From the IMG/VR virus record IMGVR_UViG_3300046694_000251: a DNA stretch of 64,000 nt; one strand, written 5' to 3'. Shown in pieces: positions 1-8,964 of the stretch. Numbering within the stretch: position 1 is the first letter of the stretch; every line of letters begins with the position of its first letter. The notes below the pieces were generated by a model, which searched no databases, was not told the origin of the DNA, and was given only the letters and a program-made list of their open reading frames with translations. The stretch comes from an uncultured virus (IMG/VR IMGVR_UViG_3300046694_000251) (taxonomy: Duplodnaviria; Heunggongvirae; Uroviricota; Caudoviricetes). The translations under genes and the position numbers were made by a program.

Positions 1-11
1 TCCTGGAGGAC

Positions 12-305
12 GTGCTCGGCTCGGTGCCGGTTGCGCTGCGCGAGCCGGTCAAGGAGGTCAGCCCGCAGCGGTCGCAGTTCGACTCCGCGCTCCGTGTGCT
101 GCTGATGCGGGAGAACCTGGACGGCACTGAGTGGGCGATCCGGCAGTTGCGGGAGGGAGCCGACGCGGCGCGGGTGGTGGCAGAAGAAACCACCGAGTTG
201 CGCCTCGACAAGGACCTCATGTGGATGACGCTGGGGGTGGCTGCTGACGAGTTGGAGAAGCAGCTCGACAAGCGCGCGGCCGAGCTGGCCACGAAGGAGC
301 ACTGA
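12..305 (+). CDS. hypothetical phage protein (probably 5'-truncated by window edge)
   Basis: GC3-rich ORF, abuts next gene. Confidence 0.6.
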   Translation: MLGSVPVALREPVKEVSPQRSQFDSALRVLLMRENLDGTEWAIRQLREGADAARVVAEETTELRLDKDLMWMTLGVAADELEKQLDKRAAELATKEH

Positions 306-306
306 T

Positions 307-738
307 ATGTGGCGGATGCGCTACTACTACGCCAAGGTGTCCGGCCAGAAGAAGGGCGAGACCTCCGCGCTCGACATCACCGGTCCGGGGGACGCGGCTA
401 CCGCCGTCCAGAACCTGATGCACAACGCGAAGATCACCCGGATCGACATCGTCTCGGGGGAGTACGAGCACGACCGGGAGCCTGTCAAGGCGCAGCGCCT
501 TGAATGGTGGCAGGACCACTCTTACCCGAAGGGTGTGCGCTGGGAGGGCACGCTGGGCGGGAAACTTGTGGCGACCATCGTGCACCACAGCGCGGGGTAC
601 GGCGGGGGGTGCCACTACTCCACGCACCTCGGTCCGTTCAGTACGGAGTACGCGGGCGTCTCCAGCATCGAGTCGGGGAAGCGGGCGGCGCAGCGTGCGC
701 TGAACAAGGCGGTGCAGGCGCTGGTGGGGGAGAGCTGA
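307..738 (+). CDS. hypothetical phage protein
   Basis: AGGAG RBS, typical codon usage. Confidence 0.7.
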   Translation: MWRMRYYYAKVSGQKKGETSALDITGPGDAATAVQNLMHNAKITRIDIVSGEYEHDREPVKAQRLEWWQDHSYPKGVRWEGTLGGKLVATIVHHSAGYGGGCHYSTHLGPFSTEYAGVSSIESGKRAAQRALNKAVQALVGES

Positions 739-739
739 C

Positions 740-904
740 ATGCCGAAGTACGTAGTCAAGTACACGCACCATGAGGAGCCGGGCCAGAAGCGTGCGCAGA
801 CATCGCAGCTCCCGGCGGAGACCCCGGCGGAGGTGGCGCAGCACGTGGAGAGGTTGCTGGGCACGGACGTCACCTCGAAGATCGAGATTATCCGGACGCA
901 GTAG
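740..904 (+). CDS. small hypothetical protein (54 aa, MPKYVVKY...)
   Basis: Fills gap between ORFs, GGAG RBS; below ORF-track cutoff. Confidence 0.6.
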   Translation: MPKYVVKYTHHEEPGQKRAQTSQLPAETPAEVAQHVERLLGTDVTSKIEIIRTQ

Positions 905-912
905 GAGCACGT

Positions 913-1320
913 ATGAACAAGCCCAGCAACATAACCGTCCCCAAGTCCGCCGTGTACGCCTACTTCGCGGAGAAGGGCATCGACGCGGACGCCGTGGTCA
1001 AGGTGTGGATCGAGGCATGGGCTGACAAGGTCCCCTCGGGCACCCGGATGATCCTGGCGAAGATGAAGTGCACGCTGGCTGACGGCCCATGCGGCTGTCC
1101 GCCCCACGCTTACGTCTACAAGTGCAAGGGCCCGTACCTCGGCATCCCGGTGGAGGTACTGATCGACGCGCTCTTCCCGCCGGACGGGAGTCCGTGCGCC
1201 GTGCCGGACGTGGAGGGCCTGGAGCTGCCCGGCCCCGAGTACTTCCAGAAGGGCGACGGTACCGGCGTGGAGCAGGAGTTCCTGAGCAAGACCCTCGTGA
1301 AGTACATCCAGAAAGTCTGA
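913..1320 (+). CDS. hypothetical protein, Cys-containing
   Basis: AGGAG RBS, codon usage. Confidence 0.7.
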   Translation: MNKPSNITVPKSAVYAYFAEKGIDADAVVKVWIEAWADKVPSGTRMILAKMKCTLADGPCGCPPHAYVYKCKGPYLGIPVEVLIDALFPPDGSPCAVPDVEGLELPGPEYFQKGDGTGVEQEFLSKTLVKYIQKV

Positions 1321-1351
1321 CGTACTGCCGTAACGAACTAGGAGGAGTTAC

Positions 1352-1672
1352 GTGATCGAGCAGCAGGACCTGGAGGAGCGTCTGAAGGCGGACCTGGAGA
1401 CGCACGGATTCCCTCACTCGCCGAAGGGCAGCGGTGCGGAGGGGTGGAAGGTCTTCCTGTTCCAGGGGCACGGTGAGGCTGCGCTGATGTGGGCCAGGCC
1501 GGATGACCGCGAGAAGGCGGAGGCCAGGATCGCGAGGGACCTCGACGACCAGTACTTCCGTACGTCGCACCTGGAGAAGATCCTGGCCATCCTCCAGACG
1601 CTCGGGTACGGCGCCGAGCTGGAGTTCATGGGCGAGACACCCCGGATCACTATCGCGCGCATCCCTGCCTGA
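1352..1672 (+). CDS. hypothetical protein
   Basis: AGGAGG RBS, GTG start. Confidence 0.7.
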   Translation: MIEQQDLEERLKADLETHGFPHSPKGSGAEGWKVFLFQGHGEAALMWARPDDREKAEARIARDLDDQYFRTSHLEKILAILQTLGYGAELEFMGETPRITIARIPA

Positions 1673-1685
1673 CGTACAGCCGTAG

Positions 1686-1722
1686 GAGGCCCCTGCCTGG
1701 GAGACCAGGTGGGGGCCTTCTT
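1686..1722 (+). terminator. intrinsic terminator hairpin
   Basis: AGGCCCC...GGGGCCT inverted repeat after gene end. Confidence 0.6.
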
Positions 1723-1752
1723 CATGCTTGGAAAGCTGTTTGATGAAACGCC

Positions 1753-1820
1753 TTGACGAGACCTACCAACTCCGATAGATTCTCATTACTGCTTCGGAAG
1801 CCGTAAGTACGAAGCCGTAA
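1753..1820 (+). promoter_or_regulatory. sigma70/HrdB-type promoter with GAAGCCGTAA operator sites
   Basis: TTGACG-17bp-TAGATT followed by TTACTGCTTC-G-GAAGCCGTAA and a second GAAGCCGTAA 14 bp on. Confidence 0.75.
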
Positions 1821-1839
1821 AGAAAGCGTGAGGGGTCAT

Positions 1840-2364
1840 GTGAGCGCCAACATGGTCGACGACGAGCACATCCACCTGCTGGTCAACGCAGGTCTGTCAT
1901 ACCCGACGATGGGCAGCAAGCTGCGCTGGCAGGTGCGCGAGCTGACCACCGAGGAGCAGAACCGGGTGTACTCCAAGGGACAGCCGTGGGGGCCGGAGGC
2001 GCAGATGATGTACGGCCGGGTGGTGCGGCAACTGACCCAGGAGAACGCCGGTTACGTGGGCGCGATGCTCCTGGCGGAGAACCGTCGCTCGGTCGACCAC
2101 CGGTACGCCGAGGAGGAGTGGGAGCAGCCCTACCTCTTCAAGCGGCTGCCGGGTGTCCCGAACCCGGTCTCGGTGCTGAAGGCGCTCGACGGCTTCGAGT
2201 ACCAGGCGTGCGAGCACCCGGAGTGGGAGAAGTCCGAGGCGCACGCCTTCGTGCAGGCCCTCCGGAAGCGGGCGATCAGCAAGCTGCCCGGCTACGAGGA
2301 GGACGACCACTGGGGTGTCTCCTCGGGGAACATACTGTCGGCGTACCGCTGGCCGGTGAAGTGA
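1840..2364 (+). CDS. hypothetical phage protein
   Basis: ORF downstream of promoter, typical codon usage. Confidence 0.75.
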   Translation: MSANMVDDEHIHLLVNAGLSYPTMGSKLRWQVRELTTEEQNRVYSKGQPWGPEAQMMYGRVVRQLTQENAGYVGAMLLAENRRSVDHRYAEEEWEQPYLFKRLPGVPNPVSVLKALDGFEYQACEHPEWEKSEAHAFVQALRKRAISKLPGYEEDDHWGVSSGNILSAYRWPVK

Positions 2365-2525
2365 TGTACGAGAACCCGGTGGACGCGTGGGTGCACGACG
2401 AAGGCCAGCTGGAGTTCGGTGAGCTGGGGGCCGGTATCGGTATCGACCCGAACCTCTGCGGGGACGGCTTCCCGAAGGCCGAGTGCCCGAACGGTGCGAA
2501 GTGCACCGACAAGACCAACCACTGA
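2364..2525 (+). CDS. small Cys-containing hypothetical protein
   Basis: TGATG stop/start coupling. Confidence 0.55.
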   Translation: MYENPVDAWVHDEGQLEFGELGAGIGIDPNLCGDGFPKAECPNGAKCTDKTNH

Positions 2526-2538
2526 AAGGGGTGGCCGC

Positions 2539-2868
2539 GTGAAGCGGCTTAATACCTACGCGGCTTCGGCCGCGCTCGTGGGGGCGCTCGTCCTCAGCGG
2601 CTGTGGGTCGGACCTCGACCACGGCACGATCACCGGCAAGCGGTACGTACCGGAAGACACCTACACGTACATGCAGCCGGTCTACACGACGCAGTGCTCG
2701 GGATCCGGCTCGTCGCGGGTCTGCTACTCGACGATCTCGATGTACATCCCCATCTCGCAGACGGATCCGGCGTGCTGGCGGCTCGACCTCCGGGACGGCA
2801 AGAAGACCGGTCACGTGTGCGTGTCCAAGGAGGCCTGGAACAAGGCCAAGAAGGGGGAGCAGTGGTGA
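2539..2868 (+). CDS. putative lipoprotein
   Basis: Basic N-terminus, hydrophobic stretch, lipobox LSG-C. Confidence 0.7.
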   Translation: MKRLNTYAASAALVGALVLSGCGSDLDHGTITGKRYVPEDTYTYMQPVYTTQCSGSGSSRVCYSTISMYIPISQTDPACWRLDLRDGKKTGHVCVSKEAWNKAKKGEQW

Positions 2869-3086
2869 GCAGGAATGTCGACCGGCAGAAGGAGCGGGAC
2901 GCGGCCCGGGAGGAACTTCGCTTCGTCGGCGGGCAGGACATGCCGGTCGGTTACGACGAGGTCGACGACGCGATCGACGCATTCGAGTTGTCCGTGCTGC
3001 GACTGGTGCAGTCCAACTCCAGCATCAGCGGGAACGCCAGCGAGTACGTGCTGACCCGGATCAAGGAACTGGAGAACACCGAATGA
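2865..3086 (+). CDS. hypothetical protein
   Basis: GTGA overlap with upstream gene. Confidence 0.6.
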   Translation: MSRNVDRQKERDAAREELRFVGGQDMPVGYDEVDDAIDAFELSVLRLVQSNSSISGNASEYVLTRIKELENTE

Positions 3087-3445
3087 ACGCGCCTGTCACG
3101 GATGACCCGAGATTCGAGCGGCTGCCGAAGTGGGCCAAGGACCGCTTCGCCGCGAGGGACGAGAGGATCCAACGCCTGGAGCGGGAGCTGGCCACGGCGA
3201 GGTCCTTGCTGAACGACGGTCCGGAGGACGCGAACGTCATCGTCGACCCCTACGGCGAGAACCGGCAGCCGATGTTCGACCGTCCGACGGTCTCCTTTAA
3301 GTACCGGGCGGAGGGCGAGCGTTTCGATCGGTACTTCCTCGTGCGCCTGATGGAGGACAACCGGCTGGAGGTCCACGCGAGCAGCAGCATCGTGATCCAC
3401 CCGTCGTCCGGCAACGCGGTGAAGGTCGAGGTGCTGGAGCGCTGA
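3083..3445 (+). CDS. hypothetical phage protein
   Basis: ATGA overlap, codon usage. Confidence 0.7.
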   Translation: MNAPVTDDPRFERLPKWAKDRFAARDERIQRLERELATARSLLNDGPEDANVIVDPYGENRQPMFDRPTVSFKYRAEGERFDRYFLVRLMEDNRLEVHASSSIVIHPSSGNAVKVEVLER

Positions 3446-3519
3446 GCAGGCTCAACCCCTTCGAGCAGAAGGTCCTCAATCGCTACCGGGAGCAGTCCCG
3501 GCCCAGGAAGGAGAAGAAG

Positions 3520-3696
3520 GTGAGCAGCACCCTGAGGGTCAACTACCTCGGCTTCATCGAGCGGTTCGGCATGGGCCCGCGCGAGCAGCGAATCCGCATC
3601 CGTCCCGAGACGCTGGCTCGCTGTGAGCAGTCGGTGGGGACGGCGGCCTACGTCCGCTGGTACCTCGGCCAGCTCGCTGAGCGGCTTAATACCTAG
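3520..3696 (+). CDS. small hypothetical protein (58 aa, ends ...ERLNT)
   Basis: AGGAG RBS, GTG start; not in ORF track. Confidence 0.5.
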   Translation: MSSTLRVNYLGFIERFGMGPREQRIRIRPETLARCEQSVGTAAYVRWYLGQLAERLNT

Positions 3697-3770
3697 ACGG
3701 GTATTCGGGCGCCCGGCAGACGGCAGATCCACCGGGCGCCTGTCCCACCGACGAGAGGTGCAGACTCTCA

Positions 3771-4457
3771 ATGGGACTCACCAAGCCTATCCAGAGCTGG
3801 CGCGAAAGACGCGCGAGCAAGACTGAGACAGACCCTGTCTCGCCCCCGTCTCAGCCGTTCAACGGCCTGCACGCGACCGGTCTGGTCATCGGGTTCACCC
3901 TGATCCTGGTGGCTCTGGCGTTCGTGGCGCTGGTCGGTATGCGGGTGAGCTGGGTACCCCTTCGAGACACCGCAGACGGCATCGGCCTGCACGAGGTCAG
4001 GGAGTACTACCCCCTGGTCATCGACGGGCTGGACGGTCTGGGTGTGGTCGCCTCGCTGGCGCTGGTCGGCTCCCCGGGATACCGGTGGGCGATCGGCACG
4101 GTGGTCGGTCTCACCGCTGTCTCACTCGTTCTCAACGTCGCCCACGGCTCTGCGTACGCGCATGTGACGGGGCAGTCCGCGAAGACGACGTGGGGGCACG
4201 TGATCCTGGCCTCGGCCGCTCCGACCATCTGCATCGCGCTGGGGACGCACCTGGCCGCACTCACCTTCCACCGGCTCGCCGGGGTGCTGAGACAGCGGCG
4301 AGACAGCAGTGAGGTGACCCTGGTCACCGCCAAGCAGTTGGCCGAGCTGCTTGAGGTGAAGCCGAGCACGATCAGCACGTGGGTCGACCGGGGCAAGCTC
4401 ACCCCTGTCTCGAAGGACCCCGACGGCCGCAACCTGTTCGACCCTTCGTCTCTGTGA
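3771..4457 (+). CDS. DUF2637/SpdA-like membrane protein with C-terminal excisionase/MerR-like HTH
   Basis: Four hydrophobic segments, YPLVIDG and SLVLNVAH motifs; C-terminal VTAKQLAELLEVKPSTISTWVDRG HTH. Confidence 0.65.
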   Translation: MGLTKPIQSWRERRASKTETDPVSPPSQPFNGLHATGLVIGFTLILVALAFVALVGMRVSWVPLRDTADGIGLHEVREYYPLVIDGLDGLGVVASLALVGSPGYRWAIGTVVGLTAVSLVLNVAHGSAYAHVTGQSAKTTWGHVILASAAPTICIALGTHLAALTFHRLAGVLRQRRDSSEVTLVTAKQLAELLEVKPSTISTWVDRGKLTPVSKDPDGRNLFDPSSL

Positions 4458-4508
4458 CAGCTCGCGGGGGCTCGGTACGCCGGGCCCCCGCCCATCCCAG
4501 GAGGACCT

Positions 4509-4745
4509 GTGTCCGACTCCATCGAGATCCCCATACCGCTGATCCAGGTCGTCACGACGGAGTCCTGGAAGAGCGCCGGGTGGACCGGCTACCGAGAGTT
4601 CACCTGCACCATCTCCATCGGCGACGTCGTGCTCCTGGAGCGCAAGGGCGACGACGAGGAGGACTTCCGAATGCACCTGGACCGTCTCCGCGAGGAGACC
4701 GTCAACGAGTTCGCAACGCGCCTGAAGGAGGTGCTGGGCCTGTGA
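4509..4745 (+). CDS. hypothetical protein
   Basis: AGGAGG RBS. Confidence 0.65.
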   Translation: MSDSIEIPIPLIQVVTTESWKSAGWTGYREFTCTISIGDVVLLERKGDDEEDFRMHLDRLREETVNEFATRLKEVLGL

Positions 4746-4870
4746 GTCTTCAGTCCCTGCTGGAGTACATGGGAATCGACACGGACCTGATCATCATCGA
4801 CGAGATCCACGACTTCACCACGGAGCCCGCCGAGGGCCCCGAGTCCGACTGCTCCTGAAAGGGCACCACC

Positions 4871-5335
4871 ATGACGCTTAATACCCAGGCCCACGAGGCC
4901 GTCGAGATCACCCTGGACGAGGCGAAGACGCTGCTGGCCCGTGCGGTCGAGGAGCGTGGCGCCGACTACACGTACAAGATGCTCACGATCGAGTTGTCTC
5001 CGGGCCGCCGCGAGTCGCTGTGCGCGTACTTCGACCCGGACACGAAGGTGCCATCGTGCATCGTCGGCCAGGTGCTGGCCTACAAGGGCGTCTCGTTCGA
5101 CGCGATGGCGGTCGAGGACGTCAACGTCTACGCCTCGGCGGGCGCGCTGATCGACACCAACTTCATCAAGGCCAACAACGAGACGCGGGCGCTTCTGGAG
5201 GCCGTGCAGTCCGAGCAGGATTCGGGAATGCCGTGGGGCCAGGCCGTCGAGGAGGCCCTGGCGACGTACGAAGGCAACGCGGAGGACTACGAGGCGGCGG
5301 GCCGCGACGACCCGTCCGAGGCGTACTGGTTCTGA
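4871..5335 (+). CDS. hypothetical phage protein
   Basis: Codon usage, coupled to next gene. Confidence 0.7.
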   Translation: MTLNTQAHEAVEITLDEAKTLLARAVEERGADYTYKMLTIELSPGRRESLCAYFDPDTKVPSCIVGQVLAYKGVSFDAMAVEDVNVYASAGALIDTNFIKANNETRALLEAVQSEQDSGMPWGQAVEEALATYEGNAEDYEAAGRDDPSEAYWF

Positions 5336-5988
5336 TGGGGACGCCGAACACTCTGCTGCGCGGGGTCGTGGGCTCGACAGCCTTCGGCCTCGCCCGGCCC
5401 GGGTCCGACATCGACAGCCTGGGCATCTTCGTCCGTCCGACGCCGGAGTTCTTCCGTATCGGCGCCCGGAACAGTGACTCGCTGGTCAGGAAGGACCCGG
5501 ACGTCACCCTGCACGAGGTCGGTAAGTACGTCGCCCTCGCGCTGAAGTGCAACCCGACGATCATGGACCTGATGTACCTGGAGGAATACACGCACCAGTC
5601 CTGGGAGGGGGAGTGGCTGGTCGGCATCCGCGAGGACTTCCTCTCCGAGCCCTACGTGCGCTCCGCTTACGGCGGCTACGCCATGGGACAGATCAAGCGG
5701 ATCAAGCAGGAGCTGGCCAACGACGGCCGCCAGAGCCGCGTCGCGAAGCACGCCAGACACTGCTTCCGGCTCCTGCGGCAGGGCCAGCAACTGCTGGAGT
5801 ACGGCACGCTCACCGTCCGCGTGCCGGACCCGGAGTTCTACTGGGCGTTCGACGAGATGTCGGCCGACCAGATCGAGGCGGAGTTCTGGAAGGCGTTCGA
5901 CGTCTTCAACGACCGTGTCGGCATCCTTCCGGCGCAGCCGCGTACGGACCGGCTCCAGGACTTCATCAACTACGTAAGGAAGATCTGA
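5335..5988 (+). CDS. predicted nucleotidyltransferase (Pol-beta superfamily, YcgL/RlaP-like)
   Basis: GS-x-AFGL...SDID motif, KCNPT and KHARHCFRLL motifs. Confidence 0.8.
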   Translation: MGTPNTLLRGVVGSTAFGLARPGSDIDSLGIFVRPTPEFFRIGARNSDSLVRKDPDVTLHEVGKYVALALKCNPTIMDLMYLEEYTHQSWEGEWLVGIREDFLSEPYVRSAYGGYAMGQIKRIKQELANDGRQSRVAKHARHCFRLLRQGQQLLEYGTLTVRVPDPEFYWAFDEMSADQIEAEFWKAFDVFNDRVGILPAQPRTDRLQDFINYVRKI

Positions 5989-6108
5989 GTGAAGTGGCTT
6001 CGAGACGTTCCGGAGGCCGTGTGGATCGCGGCGCTACTGCTGGACGCGGCTGCGGCCGTCTACGTCGGGCACGCGCTGTTGCTGGCATCCGGACACTGAC
6101 CTGACCTG

Positions 6109-6140
6109 CGAAGGCCCCTGCTGCGGCGGGGGTCTTTTGC
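6109..6140 (+). terminator. intrinsic terminator
   Basis: GC hairpin followed by T run. Confidence 0.6.
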
Positions 6141-6202
6141 ATGTCCGCGCAACCCCTCGAAAGTGTGACCCACGCCATATGGGTTCCGTTGAACATCTTC
6201 AC

Positions 6203-6241
6203 GATTACGGCCTTGAGATTACGGCTTCTTCGTTATAGGTT
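6203..6241 (+). promoter_or_regulatory. sigma70-type promoter with tandem reverse operator sites
   Basis: TTGAGA-17bp-TAGGTT; GATTACGG repeated at 6203 and 6217. Confidence 0.7.
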
Positions 6242-6289
6242 TCTCGATGTCGGGGTAACCCGAAGAACCGCAGAGCCGAGGAGCACCGA

Positions 6290-6685
6290 ATGAGCACCGC
6301 CACCACCGACGAGCAGCGCCGCCTCTACATCCGGGAGTTCCTGAACAACCAGGGCCACCACGGCCTCGGCGCGGTGCTCGCGGAGATCAACGACGGTGAC
6401 GACAGCGACGACTACCTCGACTTTGGCGCCACCCTCCAGATCCAGGACTGCTCCCGCAGCGTGACCCTCGACTTCGGCGTCTACGGCCAGACGGTCACCG
6501 AGGAAGACCGCGAACAGCTCCGCAAGGACCTGGAGAACGCCCGCGCGAAGGCCGACCGCCTCAAGGGCGCCGTCTACCTCTTCATCGAGAAGCTGGACGA
6601 GGCCCTGAGCGACGTAGAGACGGACCTCGACAAGCGGGACCGCAAGGCGAAGAAGAAGGCCAAGAAGGCCGCGAAGAAGGGCTGA
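6290..6685 (+). CDS. hypothetical protein with Lys-rich tail
   Basis: AGGAG RBS. Confidence 0.75.
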   Translation: MSTATTDEQRRLYIREFLNNQGHHGLGAVLAEINDGDDSDDYLDFGATLQIQDCSRSVTLDFGVYGQTVTEEDREQLRKDLENARAKADRLKGAVYLFIEKLDEALSDVETDLDKRDRKAKKKAKKAAKKG

Positions 6686-6687
6686 AC

Positions 6688-6915
6688 ATGACCGCGAAGC
6701 AGGACGACCGCCCCCTCATGGGACTCGGCCACCTGGTGATCCCCAACAGCAGCGCCAGCCAGGACTGGCTGAAGCGCCAGGGTGAGAAGCGCCAGGAGGC
6801 CGCCGAGATCGTCGCCCTTGAGGCCAAGAAGTGGTTCGCCATCGACCACCTGCCCGAGGAGTTCTACGAGACCTTCGCCAAGCGCGTGGTCGCCGCCCTC
6901 GACCAGCGTCTCTGA
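6688..6915 (+). CDS. hypothetical protein
   Basis: Operon position, codon usage. Confidence 0.65.
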   Translation: MTAKQDDRPLMGLGHLVIPNSSASQDWLKRQGEKRQEAAEIVALEAKKWFAIDHLPEEFYETFAKRVVAALDQRL

Positions 6916-6937
6916 CCCACCACACACCGGAGGACCC

Positions 6938-7333
6938 ATGACGAACCTCATGAGCAAGATTCTGACCAACGTCTCCACCCTCTCCGTGTGGGACGCGCTG
7001 GCCAACGGGCAGGGCATCGACCCCTGGATCGACCGCGTGCCGGACGAGTTCTACACCTGGGTCCACCAGCAGGTGCACCGCCTGGAGACCGACTTCAGCC
7101 GCGAGTATCACGAGATCCTGGCGGACTACGACTGGATCGTTGCGCGCCTGCGGCGCCCCGAGACGGACGGGAAGAAGCGGCGCAAGGAGTTCGCGCTTCA
7201 GGCCCAGACCACGCCGTATCCGGGCCTTCTGTTCCGCCTCTACGACGGCCACGACATCTCCGCCGACGTCTGGAAGCGCGTCCGGCCGCAGTTCGAGAAG
7301 CCGTACTGGACCCCTTCGGAGGACGCCGCCTGA
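6938..7333 (+). CDS. protein resembling only the C-terminal domain of RnlA-family RNA ligases
   Basis: LTNVS..SVW, RVPDEFY.WV, RKEFAL, LF..YDG..VWKRVRP motifs; next to PNKP; no KxDG motif. Confidence 0.55.
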   Translation: MTNLMSKILTNVSTLSVWDALANGQGIDPWIDRVPDEFYTWVHQQVHRLETDFSREYHEILADYDWIVARLRRPETDGKKRRKEFALQAQTTPYPGLLFRLYDGHDISADVWKRVRPQFEKPYWTPSEDAA

Positions 7334-8508
7334 TGGTGCCCTTCGACTTCGGCGGGTGGTTCGAGCGGGCCGAGCTGGTAGGCGGGGAGGAGATCCTTGC
7401 CCACCCCCGTAAGGACTGCATCGGCCGCCACTGCTGCATACACAACCCCTCCGAGCACCACATGCGCGACTGGCCCCAGCACTTCCGCATGGACCGTGCC
7501 CTGATGGAACGGATCTGCCCCCACGGTGTCGGTCACCCCGACCCGGACGATCTCACTTTCAAGCGGCTGATGGCCGGGACCGAGGAGGTCCTGGACGCCG
7601 TACACGGCTGTGACGGCTGCTGCGACCCGAGGAGACACATGACCACCCTGACCATGACCAAGGGCCTGCCGGGCTCAGGCAAGACGACGTGGGCCCGGGA
7701 GCAGGTGCTCAAGGCCATCCCCGGCTCGGTCGTCGTCGTGTGCAAGGACGACCTGCGGGCGATGCTGCACGCCGACCGCTGGCACGGCAAGAACGAGCGC
7801 CAGGTCGTCAAGGCCCGCGACGCACTGGTGGAGATGTTCCTGCTCCAGGGTGTCTCCGTGATCGTGGCGGACACCAACCTCAACCCGGCCCACGAGGAGC
7901 GGCTGAAGGGCGTGGCGGAGCGGCGGGGAGTGAAGTTCTTCGTCAAGGACTTCACCGACGTACGTCTTAATACCTGCATCTCCCGCGACCTGAAGCGGGA
8001 GAAGAGCGTCGGCGAGAAGGTCATCAGGGACATGCACGCGAAGTACCTGACCCCGGCCCCGGCAGACCCGCCGGAGTACCTCGAAGGCCGCCCGCATGCG
8101 GTCCTGGTGGACCTGGACGGCACGCTGGCCAAGATGGTCGGCCGCAGCCCCTTCGACTGGGACCGCGTGGACGAGGACGATGCCCACCAGGACGTCGTCG
8201 ACCTGGTGAACACCCTGCGGGACGCGGGGGCCGAGGTCATTTTCGTCTCCGGCCGCGACGCACGGGCCTACAAGCGGACCCGGAACTGGCTGGACCGCAA
8301 CGTGGGCCCCTGGACGCGGCTCACGCCGCTGCTGATGCGCTCCGAGTACGACATGCGCAAGGACTCGATCGTGAAGGAGGAGATCTACCGGCAGGAGATC
8401 CTGGGCCGCTACAACGTCTGGCTGGTCCTCGACGACCGCAACCAGGTGGTTGACATGTGGCGCAATCTCGGCTTGCGCGTCCTCCAAGTTGCACCTGGCA
8501 ACTTCTGA
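7333..8508 (+). CDS. polynucleotide kinase/3'-phosphatase (PseT-like), with in-frame upstream Cys/His-rich domain; internal start at 7639
   Basis: P-loop GLPGSGKTT, HAD DLDGT, SGR and DDR motifs. Confidence 0.9.
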   Translation: MVPFDFGGWFERAELVGGEEILAHPRKDCIGRHCCIHNPSEHHMRDWPQHFRMDRALMERICPHGVGHPDPDDLTFKRLMAGTEEVLDAVHGCDGCCDPRRHMTTLTMTKGLPGSGKTTWAREQVLKAIPGSVVVVCKDDLRAMLHADRWHGKNERQVVKARDALVEMFLLQGVSVIVADTNLNPAHEERLKGVAERRGVKFFVKDFTDVRLNTCISRDLKREKSVGEKVIRDMHAKYLTPAPADPPEYLEGRPHAVLVDLDGTLAKMVGRSPFDWDRVDEDDAHQDVVDLVNTLRDAGAEVIFVSGRDARAYKRTRNWLDRNVGPWTRLTPLLMRSEYDMRKDSIVKEEIYRQEILGRYNVWLVLDDRNQVVDMWRNLGLRVLQVAPGNF

Positions 8509-8524
8509 GTTACCGCTTAAAACC

Positions 8525-8560
8525 CTTGGCCCCGTCACGAGTTATCGTGGCGGGGTCAAG
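8525..8560 (+). terminator. hairpin, probable terminator
   Basis: CTTGGCCCCGTCACG/CGTGGCGGGGTCAAG. Confidence 0.55.
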
Positions 8561-8964
8561 GCGTACCAGACGGTAGCTTGACAAGTTCGATCTTAGCGGA
8601 CTCTTGATGGGTGTGTGATCCCCGTCACGTAAACACAGCGATGATGTGTCCGGTTTGAGGCTAGTGACCACCGGTAACCCTAAAGAAATTGACCGTTTAA
8701 GTAAACGCCAGAAGACCAGTAGGTCAAGTGACGGCAAAGAAACGCCGTTGCGTAAGTCTGTCAAGACCTAGTCGGCTAGATCACCCGGTGCTACGGTGCG
8801 TGCACTGGGCATCCACCGTTTCTTCACAGCCGATCCCCGAGGCTCTTTGCTGCCCGCGAAGACACGAAACTCGGCTCCGTGGTTGGGATTTGGCCAGTTC
8901 CATGTGTCTCACGCGCTCCACAGCCATCTCGGGGAGCACGTTGTTGGAGGGGTTAACAAGGACC

